Shown here piece after piece: positions 8,141-15,731 of a stretch of DNA of 52,532 nt; the first letter of the stretch is position 1, and every line of letters starts with the position of its first letter. Below the pieces are notes generated by a model. That model saw nothing but the letters and a program-made list of their open reading frames with translations. It was not told where the DNA came from and made no database searches. This DNA comes from an uncultured Enterobacterales bacterium. Lineage in GTDB: Bacteria; Myxococcota_A; UBA796; CAZKWG01. The stretch spans positions 1-52,532 of the forward strand of contig CAZKWG010000001.1 of assembly GCA_964556105.1 (NCBI GenBank). Direction: 5' to 3'. Position numbers and translations under genes: made by a program.

Positions 8141-10198
8141 ATGTACGCGCGCCTCCTCCTCTCGCTGACCAGCCTCGGGCTCTCCCGCCCGGGGCTCGCT
8201 CAGGAGCCCCCGCCCGCCGCCCCTCCCCCGGATGACGCCGAGGAGGCGGACGACGCGGGCGAGGTCATGGTCATCACGGGCACGAAGACGCCCCATCGGC
8301 TCTCGGACGCCACGGTCGCCACCGAGGTCGTGACCCGGGAGGAGATCGAGGCCTCCGGCGCGCGGGACGCGGGCGAGGTGCTGCGGATGCACGCGGGCAT
8401 CGACGTCGCCGGCTCCTTCCGCGGCGCCTCGGCGGAGCTGCGCGGCCTGGACCCCAAGTACGTGCTGGTCATCGTGGACGGGGTGCGCGTCGCGGGCAAG
8501 AGCGACGGCGCCGTGGACCTGAGCCGGTTCTCGGCCGAAGACATCGAGCAGATCGAGATCATCAAGGGCCCGGCGTCGGCGCTCTACGGGGCGGACGCGC
8601 TGGGCGGCGTCATCCACATCCGCACGCGCCGGCCCCGCTCCCCCGTCGAGATGAGCCTGCACACCCGCGCCGGCACCCGCGCCGCGAGCGCGACCCCCGC
8701 CGTCACGGAGGTTCCCACCGACGGCCTCTTCCCGGCCAACCTGCCGGGCGTGGACGCGCTCGACCTGGAGGGGCGCCTGGGCCTGGTGGGCGAGCGCCTG
8801 AGCACCCGCGCCGCCCTGGGGACGCGGGGCAGCGCCGCCTATGACCTGGAGCCAGACGACGAGGACACCTCGGGCAGCGCCTGGCGCGAGTGGAGCGCCG
8901 CCGACCGCTCCGAGCTCCGCTTCAACGACGAGGCCCGGCTGGCCCTGGACGTCGGCTACCGCCGGCGCGAGACCCGCGGCGTCGATCCCGGCGCTGGCGG
9001 CGCGGTCTACGATCTCACCAACCTCACCGAGGACGCGCACGCCGGCCTCGCCCCCGATCTCACGCTGGGCGCCTCGTCGCGGCTGCAGCTCGGCGGGAAG
9101 CTCTCGTTGTACCGGGACCAGTTCCTGCAGGACCAGCGGCTCTCGGACGAGCTCGACCTGTACAACGACGCGCTGGAGCGCCTGACCGAGCTGAACGCGC
9201 AGCTCATCCGGGGCTGGGGGGATCGCCACACCAGCACGGTCGGTCTGGACGGGCTGGCCGAGCGCCTCGCCTCCGACCGCCTCTCCGACGACGACGTGTC
9301 GCGCCAGCGTGGGGCGATCTTCGCCCAGCACGAGTGGAAGGTGCTCCAAGATCAGGGCGTCTCCCGCCTGGTGCTGCTGCCGGGCCTGCGCTGGGACCTG
9401 GACACCCAGTTCGGTCAGGCGCTCTCGCCGAAGCTGGCCCTGCGCCTGGACCCGGTCGAGTCGGTCCTCCTGCGCGCCAGCTACGGCTGGGGCTACCGCG
9501 CGCCGGACTTCAAGGAGCTCTACCTCTACTTCGAGAACCCCACCGCCGGGTACTTCGTCGAGGGCAACCCCGCGCTCCGGCCGGAGACCTCGCGCAGCGT
9601 AGACCTGGGGCTGACCGTCGAGCCGAGCCGCAGCCTGCGCTTCGGCCTCACGGCCTTTCGTAACGACGTGGACGACCTCATCGAGCCGACCCTGGTGGCG
9701 GACGATCCAGACGAGACCGACGGCGTGGCGCCCTATCGCATGGAGAACATCGCCCGCGCGCTCACCCAGGGCGTCGAGCTCACGGTCGCCAGCCGGGTGC
9801 GCGACGTGTACGCGCTGGACGCCGGCTACACCTTCCTGAACACGCTGAACCGGGAGCTGGACCTGCCGCTCGAGGGGCGACCCGCCCACCGCCTCACCCT
9901 CGCGATCAGCAGCCCCGAGCTGCTGTGGGGGGTGGCCGCCACCTTGCGCGGCGCCGCGTCCAGCCAGCAGCCCTACTACGCTGATGATGACGGAGACGGC
10001 GAGATCGAGCTGGTCTGGGCGCCAGGGACCGTGGACCTGGGCGCGCGCCTGAGCCGCCCCCTGGGGCAGGTCCTCTCCCTCACGCTCGGGGCGGACAACC
10101 TGCTGGACACGGGCGACCCCACCTACAACCGCCTGGCGCCGCGGCTGGTCTACCTGGGCCTGGACGCGGACTGGCCTGGCCAGAGAGAGGAGGACTGA
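8141..10198 (+). CDS. TonB-dependent outer-membrane receptor (probable haem/haemophore receptor)
   Basis: A signal peptide is followed by plug-domain motifs (VMVITGTKTPHRLSDATVATEVVTREEI, IEQIEIIKGPASALYGADALGGVIHIRT). The C-terminal part is long, beta-rich and Tyr/Gly/Asp-rich. The stop overlaps the start of an HmuY-like gene. Confidence 0.9.
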   Translation: MYARLLLSLTSLGLSRPGLAQEPPPAAPPPDDAEEADDAGEVMVITGTKTPHRLSDATVATEVVTREEIEASGARDAGEVLRMHAGIDVAGSFRGASAELRGLDPKYVLVIVDGVRVAGKSDGAVDLSRFSAEDIEQIEIIKGPASALYGADALGGVIHIRTRRPRSPVEMSLHTRAGTRAASATPAVTEVPTDGLFPANLPGVDALDLEGRLGLVGERLSTRAALGTRGSAAYDLEPDDEDTSGSAWREWSAADRSELRFNDEARLALDVGYRRRETRGVDPGAGGAVYDLTNLTEDAHAGLAPDLTLGASSRLQLGGKLSLYRDQFLQDQRLSDELDLYNDALERLTELNAQLIRGWGDRHTSTVGLDGLAERLASDRLSDDDVSRQRGAIFAQHEWKVLQDQGVSRLVLLPGLRWDLDTQFGQALSPKLALRLDPVESVLLRASYGWGYRAPDFKELYLYFENPTAGYFVEGNPALRPETSRSVDLGLTVEPSRSLRFGLTAFRNDVDDLIEPTLVADDPDETDGVAPYRMENIARALTQGVELTVASRVRDVYALDAGYTFLNTLNRELDLPLEGRPAHRLTLAISSPELLWGVAATLRGAASSQQPYYADDDGDGEIELVWAPGTVDLGARLSRPLGQVLSLTLGADNLLDTGDPTYNRLAPRLVYLGLDADWPGQREED

Positions 10199-10815
10199 TG
10201 CTGATCCTGTTCGCGCTGGCCTGCGCGCCCTGCCTGCTGGAGCGGACCGACCGGAGCTGCGAGGACTGGCCGCTGGCCACAGAGACCGGCGGAGGCGAGA
10301 CCGCCGACACGGCGCCGCCGGCGCCGAAGATCGTGAGCGCGGACGCTGGCTCCGGCGTGACGGAGACCTGGGTGGACGCGACCGCCTATCTGGACTTCGT
10401 CTACCTCTCCCTGGCGACGGGGGAGGAGGTCCTGGTGGCCGACCCGCTCACCTCCAGCGACTGGGATCTCGGCTTTCAGCGCTACCTCGTGCCCTCCAAC
10501 GGCGGCGTGAGCGGACCTGGGGGGCTCATGGCGGTCGCCCTGACCGACCAGAGCTTCGAGGCGCTCACGACGGCCCCCGCCGAGGGCTTCATCAGCGACC
10601 AGGCCGACGACGAGGACGAGAACGACGACCCTGAGTACGCCCTCGGGGAGTGGTTCGACTACACGACCGAGAACCACACGCTGACGCCGAAGGCCATGGT
10701 CTACGCGCTCCATGTCCGCGAGACCTACTACAAGCTCCAGTTCGTGGACTACTACGACGAGGCGGGCTCGCCAGCCTACATCACGCTCCGCTGGGCGCAG
10801 ATCGCCGCGCCTTGA
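10198..10815 (+). CDS. HmuY-like haem-binding lipoprotein
   Basis: GAGGAGGA lies just upstream, and the ATG shares 1 nt with the receptor's TGA stop (TGATG). The signal is short (MLILFALAC). The motifs SSDWDLGFQRYLVPSNGGVSGPGG and YYKLQFVDYYDEAGSPAYITLRW resemble the HmuY family as I remember it. Confidence 0.65.
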   Translation: MLILFALACAPCLLERTDRSCEDWPLATETGGGETADTAPPAPKIVSADAGSGVTETWVDATAYLDFVYLSLATGEEVLVADPLTSSDWDLGFQRYLVPSNGGVSGPGGLMAVALTDQSFEALTTAPAEGFISDQADDEDENDDPEYALGEWFDYTTENHTLTPKAMVYALHVRETYYKLQFVDYYDEAGSPAYITLRWAQIAAP

Positions 10816-10848
10816 CCCGGGCCGTGCGCACGGAATGATCTTGCTGGT

Positions 10849-10865
10849 AATACAGGAAGTGTATT
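10849..10865. promoter_or_regulatory. inverted repeat AATACA-N5-TGTATT upstream of the promoter
   Basis: Perfect 6-bp arms lie 16 nt upstream of the -35 element, in the most AT-rich intergenic stretch in this part of the window. Confidence 0.3.
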
Positions 10866-10880
10866 CTCACACCTGATCTC

Positions 10881-10910
10881 TTGACTGGGGTTGCTCTATT
10901 CCTGTAAATA
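10881..10910 (+). promoter_or_regulatory. sigma70-like promoter, TTGACT-N18-TAAATA
   Basis: The -35 element TTGACT is at 10881-10886 and the -10 element TAAATA is at 10905-10910. AGGAG (10932-10936) and ATG 10943 lie downstream. Confidence 0.45.
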
Positions 10911-10942
10911 TGACGCTGGGTTTGTGTGCTCAGGAGATCCCC

Positions 10943-12349
10943 ATGCCCGACTATCAGCAGGCTCCCACCCAGGCGCCCCCCGAGCAGGAGCAGACGGGCT
11001 TCGATCCGCTCTCCATGTTGTCGCCCCTCGCCATGACCGGCCTCAGCCCGCTGCTGGGCCCGCTGGGGCCCGCGGCGACGATGGGCATGCAGGCGGTCAT
11101 GGGCAACGGAGCCGTCAGCGACATGATCTCCGGCGCAGGACAGGCTGCGGGCGGGATCCTCGACACCGTGGGCGGCTGGGCATCCGGCGCCTGGGACACG
11201 GTGAGCGGCGCGGCCAGCGGCGCCTGGGACGCCGCCTCGGGCGTGGCGAGCAACGCCTGGGACACGGTGTCCGGCTGGGGCAGCGCCGCGATGGACTGGG
11301 CGGGCAACAAGGCCAGCGCCATCGGCCAGTGGGGGAGCGACTTCGCGGGCGGCGTGGCGCGCGAGGGCTGGACCTCGATCTTCGACCCGCAGGGCACGGC
11401 CGACCGCGAGGCGGCCCACCGCGAGCTGGCCGACCGCTTCTCGGTCGTCGGCGACGACTTCGTCGGCCCGCGCCTGCCGAACCAGGTCACCCAGAGCGAG
11501 TACGACCGCATCTGCAGCACGTACAGCGACATCCGCCTGGGGCGCGGCGATCTGACCATCGACCCGAGCGCGCTGGGCACCGAGGCCGAGCGCGACGCCT
11601 ACCGGACCGGCGCGATGGGAGACATCGCCAACCTGCTCCAGACGGAGAGCGGGCGGCAGATGGTCTACCAGCTCCACAACAACACGCCGCAGAACGACGC
11701 GGACGGAAACCCGATCCACCGGCGCACCCAGATGGTGCCGCTGCTGGCGGCCGACGGGACCCTGGACCGGACCAACGGCTACGCCTCGCCGGACGGGGCG
11801 GGCTCGACCTACACCGAGAACGCCGACGGGACGCGCACCCAGGGCACGGGCACGGATGTCCACATCCGCTACAACCCGGGCGTGAACATCGGCGACGCCT
11901 ACCCGACCCTGACCGGCACCAACCCCTGGCTGGGGGACTTCCGGTCCGACGTGCTGCTGATGCACGAGATGAACCACGCCATGAACCAGACGGCGGGGAC
12001 GGGCGACAGCCGGACCATCCAGGCCTCGGACAACCCGGCCAACGCCACGGATCCGGAGACCGCCTTCGACGCGGCCAACGGCATCCGCCGCATCGAGCAC
12101 CAGGCCGCCGGGCTGGGCATGTACTCCAACGACCCGCTGACGGAGAACCGCTACCGGGCCGAGCGCCTGGCCATCGGCACGACCGGCGCCCCGGGCGCCC
12201 GCGCGGGAGACGCGACGATGCACCAGCGCACGAGTTATGTACCTCACAGTCCGCCGGCTACGGCGCCCAGCCCCACCGGCGTCACGCCGGGCCTGCCGCC
12301 CTTCGTCCACCGGCATGATCACGGCGATCACGACCACGATCACGACTGA
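10943..12349 (+). CDS. M91/NleD-like HExxH zinc metallopeptidase (effector/toxin-like) with no signal peptide
   Basis: AGGAG lies 6 nt upstream of ATG 10943. The track start 10910 overlaps the -10 box. HEMNH lies at nt 11963-11977 in the context DVLLMHEMNHAMNQTAG...IEHQAAGLG...PLTENRYRAE. The N-terminus carries 11-residue G/A/W/D repeats and the C-terminus ends in HRHDHGDHDHDHD. Confidence 0.6.
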   Translation: MPDYQQAPTQAPPEQEQTGFDPLSMLSPLAMTGLSPLLGPLGPAATMGMQAVMGNGAVSDMISGAGQAAGGILDTVGGWASGAWDTVSGAASGAWDAASGVASNAWDTVSGWGSAAMDWAGNKASAIGQWGSDFAGGVAREGWTSIFDPQGTADREAAHRELADRFSVVGDDFVGPRLPNQVTQSEYDRICSTYSDIRLGRGDLTIDPSALGTEAERDAYRTGAMGDIANLLQTESGRQMVYQLHNNTPQNDADGNPIHRRTQMVPLLAADGTLDRTNGYASPDGAGSTYTENADGTRTQGTGTDVHIRYNPGVNIGDAYPTLTGTNPWLGDFRSDVLLMHEMNHAMNQTAGTGDSRTIQASDNPANATDPETAFDAANGIRRIEHQAAGLGMYSNDPLTENRYRAERLAIGTTGAPGARAGDATMHQRTSYVPHSPPATAPSPTGVTPGLPPFVHRHDHGDHDHDHD

Positions 12350-12357
12350 AAGGCGCG

Positions 12358-13032
12358 ATGGCGAGACGCGGACCCGGGCTCCTCCTGCTCTTGTCGCTCG
12401 GCTGCGGATCCGGGGAGGTGCCGGCGAGCGCCGCCCCCACGAGCGCTCCCGCCGCGGAGGCGCCGACGCCCGTGATCCCCGCCACCATCCCCGCCACGCC
12501 GACCGAGGAGGCGCCCGTGTCTGATCCTGCCCGCCTGGACTGGGCGCTGAGCCTGGCGCCCGCCGGAGACGCGCTGCTGGTGCAGTACACCGTCACGAAC
12601 ACCTCGCAGCAGACGATCTACCTGTCCGACCTCACGCCGATCTCCGGCTCGGGCGGCTTCGTCCTCGGCGAGCGCTTCATCAACGTGGCGGGCGGCGAGG
12701 CGCCGGGCCTGGTGCGCCTGGTGCGCGGGCGGCTGGACAGCGTGGCCCCTGTCCCCATCCCCCTGGACCCGGGCGCCCGCGCGCTCGAGCCGGGCAAGAC
12801 GGCGAGCGGGTCGGCGACGGTGCCCCTGCCCATCGCGGCGGCGCACTACCACGGCAAGGCCGCTCCGGTGCAGGGCACGCCCACCAGCGCCGTGCTGGAG
12901 ATCGGCTACCTGGCGGGCGAGGTCCACTGGAGCGCCCTCCAGCTCGCCGACGGGCGCGGGCTCACCACCTCCATGCCGATGGACACGATGCGCTTCCTGC
13001 GCGCCGGCCCGCTGGCGATCCCCACGAAGTAG
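12358..13032 (+). CDS. small lipoprotein, unknown function (candidate inhibitor/immunity partner)
   Basis: It starts 8 nt after the metallopeptidase stop, and the lipobox is LLLLLSLGC. A Pro/Ala/Thr linker is followed by a beta-rich domain. Confidence 0.75.
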   Translation: MARRGPGLLLLLSLGCGSGEVPASAAPTSAPAAEAPTPVIPATIPATPTEEAPVSDPARLDWALSLAPAGDALLVQYTVTNTSQQTIYLSDLTPISGSGGFVLGERFINVAGGEAPGLVRLVRGRLDSVAPVPIPLDPGARALEPGKTASGSATVPLPIAAAHYHGKAAPVQGTPTSAVLEIGYLAGEVHWSALQLADGRGLTTSMPMDTMRFLRAGPLAIPTK

Positions 13033-13042
13033 AGGCACCCCC

Positions 13043-13603
13043 ATGGCCGAACCGAGCACCGTAGACGATCTCTACGACGACGCGCAGCGCCGCTACCTTC
13101 AGGGCGACTTCGCCGGCGCCCTGGCCGGCTGGCAGGCCGCCCTGGCCCTGGCCCCCGACGACGTCGAGATCAAAAAGAAGCTGGTGCAGGCCCACTTCGC
13201 CCTCGGCGACAGCGAAGGGGGAGAGGCCGCGCTCGAGGTCCTGCGGCAGGCCTGGCGGCAGAGCGCGGACCCGGCGGTGCAGGGCTGGACCGAGGTGGTG
13301 ATCGACCAGCTCCAGGCGGCGGGCCACAAGGTCTACGCCTACGAGACCCTGCGGCCGGGCAGCGAGGACCTGTACTACGCGATCTCCTGGCGGGTGCTGG
13401 ACGGGCAGGGCAAGGTCCGCATGACCGTGCAGCTCGAGAGCAGCGCGTATGGCCGCGAGCGCGGCGTGCCCTTCGTTCTGGGCGTCAACACGATCAAGGG
13501 CCACGCCACCACCGGGCCGATGTTCAACAGCCGCCCGCCCTACCTGGCGGTGCGCGCGCTGGCGGTGCAGCAGATCGAGCGGATCATGGGCGCTACGGCC
13601 TGA
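13043..13603 (+). CDS. cytoplasmic TPR-like protein, unknown function
   Basis: GAGG lies 7 nt upstream of the ATG. The N-terminus has a TPR-like helix pair (AQRRYLQGDFAGALAGWQAALALAPDD). There is no signal peptide. The gap to the previous gene is 10 nt. Confidence 0.7.
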   Translation: MAEPSTVDDLYDDAQRRYLQGDFAGALAGWQAALALAPDDVEIKKKLVQAHFALGDSEGGEAALEVLRQAWRQSADPAVQGWTEVVIDQLQAAGHKVYAYETLRPGSEDLYYAISWRVLDGQGKVRMTVQLESSAYGRERGVPFVLGVNTIKGHATTGPMFNSRPPYLAVRALAVQQIERIMGATA

Positions 13604-13631
13604 GCGGGTGAATCCCGATAAGGGCCCTGCC

Positions 13632-15725
13632 ATGCGCGTCGCCCTGGTCCTCCCGCCCCTCTGCCAGCTCAACACCCCCTACCCGGGGACCGCCTACCTT
13701 GCGCGCTTCCTGCGCGACCAGGGGCACACGGTCACCCAGCGCGATCTCGGGCTGGAGCTGATGCTGCGCGTCCTGAGCCCGGACGGCCTGACGGCGATCT
13801 TCGAGGCCGTCGCGGCGCTGGCCGAAGACGAGGTGGATCTGCCCGAGCCCGCCTGGCGGGCCCTGGCCCTGCGCGAGCGCCACATCGCCGCGGTCGGGCC
13901 GGTCGTCCGCTTCCTGCAGGGCCGCGACCGCACCCTGGCCAGCCGCGTCCTCGACACGCCCTTCCTGCCGCTGGGGCCGCGCCTGGAGTCGGCCGATCTG
14001 AGCGACTTCGGCGAGCTCTCCACCGAGGACGCCGCCCGTCACCTCGCCACCCTCTACGTCGAGGATCTCTGCGACCTCGTGACGAGCTGCGTGGACCCCG
14101 GCTTCGCCCTCTCCCGCTACCAGCACCAGCTCGCGCAGGGCCCGGTCTCCTTCGATCCCATCGCCGCCCGCCTCGCCGAGACCACCCTGCTGGACGGCTG
14201 GCTGGACGCGCTGGCCGACGAGGTCGCGGCGGGCCAGCCCGAGCTGGTCGGGATCTCCGTGCCCTTCCCCGGGACGCTGTACGGCGCCCTGCGCATCGGG
14301 CAGCGCCTCCGTCAGCGGGGGCTCACGGTGGTGATGGGCGGCGGCTATGTGAACACCGAGCTGCGCGAGGTCTCCGAGCCGCGCCTCTGGGACTGCGTGG
14401 ACGCGCTCACCTACGACGACGGAGAGGGGCCGCTGCTCGCCCTGATCGAGCACCTCTCGGGCGGCCCGGATCGCCGCCACCGCACCCGCGACGCGACCGG
14501 CCTGCACAGCAACCCGGCGCCCACCCCGGCGTTCACGCCCGCCGCCTGGTACGGCGACCTGCGGCTGGACCGCTACCTTCAGCTCGTGGACGCGCAGAAC
14601 CCCGCCCACCGCCTCTGGGGCGACGGCCGCTGGAACAAGATCACCGTCGCGCACGGCTGCTACTGGAAGAAGTGCGCCTTCTGCGACGTGAGCCTGGACT
14701 ACATCTCCCGCTATGAGCCCGCCCGCGTCAGCACCCTGGTCGACCACATGCAGTCGCTCCTCGACGAGACCGGGGTGAGCGGCTTCCACCTGGTCGACGA
14801 GGCGGCGCCCCCGAAGCTCCTGCGCGACCTGGCCCTGGAATTGCTGCGACGCAACATGGTCGCCACCTGGTGGGGGAACATCCGCTTCGAGCGCGCGTTC
14901 ACGCCGGACCTCTGTCGGCTGCTGGCGGCCAGCGGCTGCGTGATGGTCACGGGCGGGCTGGAGGTCGCGGGCGACCGGCTGCTCAAGCTGATGGACAAGG
15001 GCATCACCGTCGAGCAGGCCGCGCGCGCCGCCGTCGCGTTCCGCAAGGCCGGCGTCCTGGTCCACGCCTACTTGATGTACGGCTTCCCCACGGAGAGCGT
15101 CCAGGAGAGCATGGACGCGATGGAGATCGTCCGGCAGCTCTTCGCCGAGGACGCGCTGAGCAGCGCCTTCTGGCACCGCTTCGTCCTCACCCGCCACTCC
15201 GGCGTCTTCGCCGCGCCCGACCGCTACAAGGTGCGCTTTCAGGTGCCGGAAGGCGTGTTCGCCGCCAACGACATCCCCCACGAGGACCCGACGGGCGGCG
15301 ACCACGATCGCTTCGACGAGCCGCTGGTCTCCTCCCTCTCCGCCTGGATGCACGGCCGCGAGCTGGACCGCCCCCTCGAGGCCTGGTTCCCCGTCCGCGT
15401 GCCGAAGAGCCGCGAGCCCCGCGACCGGGTCAAGCGCGCCCTCGGCACCCCGCCGCCTCCCCCCGCCAACGAGGACCGCCTCATCTGGCTGGGGGGCGAG
15501 CCGCTGGCGGGCGAGGAGGGCCTCGTGCTGCACGGCACGGACGGCGCGGTTGAGATCACCGCCAACCCCGCCGAGCTGGACTGGATCGTCAACGTGCTGG
15601 AGGCCGCCCACCCCGGCGGCGATCCGCTCCCCTACGGGGTGGCGGTGGCGAGCTTCCCCGGCGAGTGGCGCCGCTTCGAGCGCACCTTCGCGAAGGTGCG
15701 GGAGGCGGGGCTGGTCATCGTCTGA
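13632..15725 (+). CDS. B12-binding-domain radical SAM protein (697 aa) with a CX4CX2C motif
   Basis: Start reset to ATG 13632 (MRVALVLPPLCQLNTPYPGTAYL...). The 61 upstream codons of the track ORF overlap the previous gene in another frame. The B12-domain-like strands are LVGISVPFPG and TVVMGGGYVNTE. The cluster motif is HGCYWKKCAFCDV. Confidence 0.8.
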   Translation: MRVALVLPPLCQLNTPYPGTAYLARFLRDQGHTVTQRDLGLELMLRVLSPDGLTAIFEAVAALAEDEVDLPEPAWRALALRERHIAAVGPVVRFLQGRDRTLASRVLDTPFLPLGPRLESADLSDFGELSTEDAARHLATLYVEDLCDLVTSCVDPGFALSRYQHQLAQGPVSFDPIAARLAETTLLDGWLDALADEVAAGQPELVGISVPFPGTLYGALRIGQRLRQRGLTVVMGGGYVNTELREVSEPRLWDCVDALTYDDGEGPLLALIEHLSGGPDRRHRTRDATGLHSNPAPTPAFTPAAWYGDLRLDRYLQLVDAQNPAHRLWGDGRWNKITVAHGCYWKKCAFCDVSLDYISRYEPARVSTLVDHMQSLLDETGVSGFHLVDEAAPPKLLRDLALELLRRNMVATWWGNIRFERAFTPDLCRLLAASGCVMVTGGLEVAGDRLLKLMDKGITVEQAARAAVAFRKAGVLVHAYLMYGFPTESVQESMDAMEIVRQLFAEDALSSAFWHRFVLTRHSGVFAAPDRYKVRFQVPEGVFAANDIPHEDPTGGDHDRFDEPLVSSLSAWMHGRELDRPLEAWFPVRVPKSREPRDRVKRALGTPPPPPANEDRLIWLGGEPLAGEEGLVLHGTDGAVEITANPAELDWIVNVLEAAHPGGDPLPYGVAVASFPGEWRRFERTFAKVREAGLVIV

Positions 15726-15731
15726 TCCGGC

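Noticed and set aside
8066-9889. 607-aa minus-strand ORF opposite the TonB-dependent receptor
   Set aside because: The sequence is Arg/Gly/Ala/Val-rich junk. The plus-strand frame carries unmistakable plug and barrel motifs.
10781-15611. Long antisense or alternate-frame ORFs (10781-12343 minus, 10891-12318 plus, 13593-15611 minus)
   Set aside because: They show the same GC-driven artefact. The chosen frames have an SD, a promoter, HExxH or radical SAM motifs, and normal composition.
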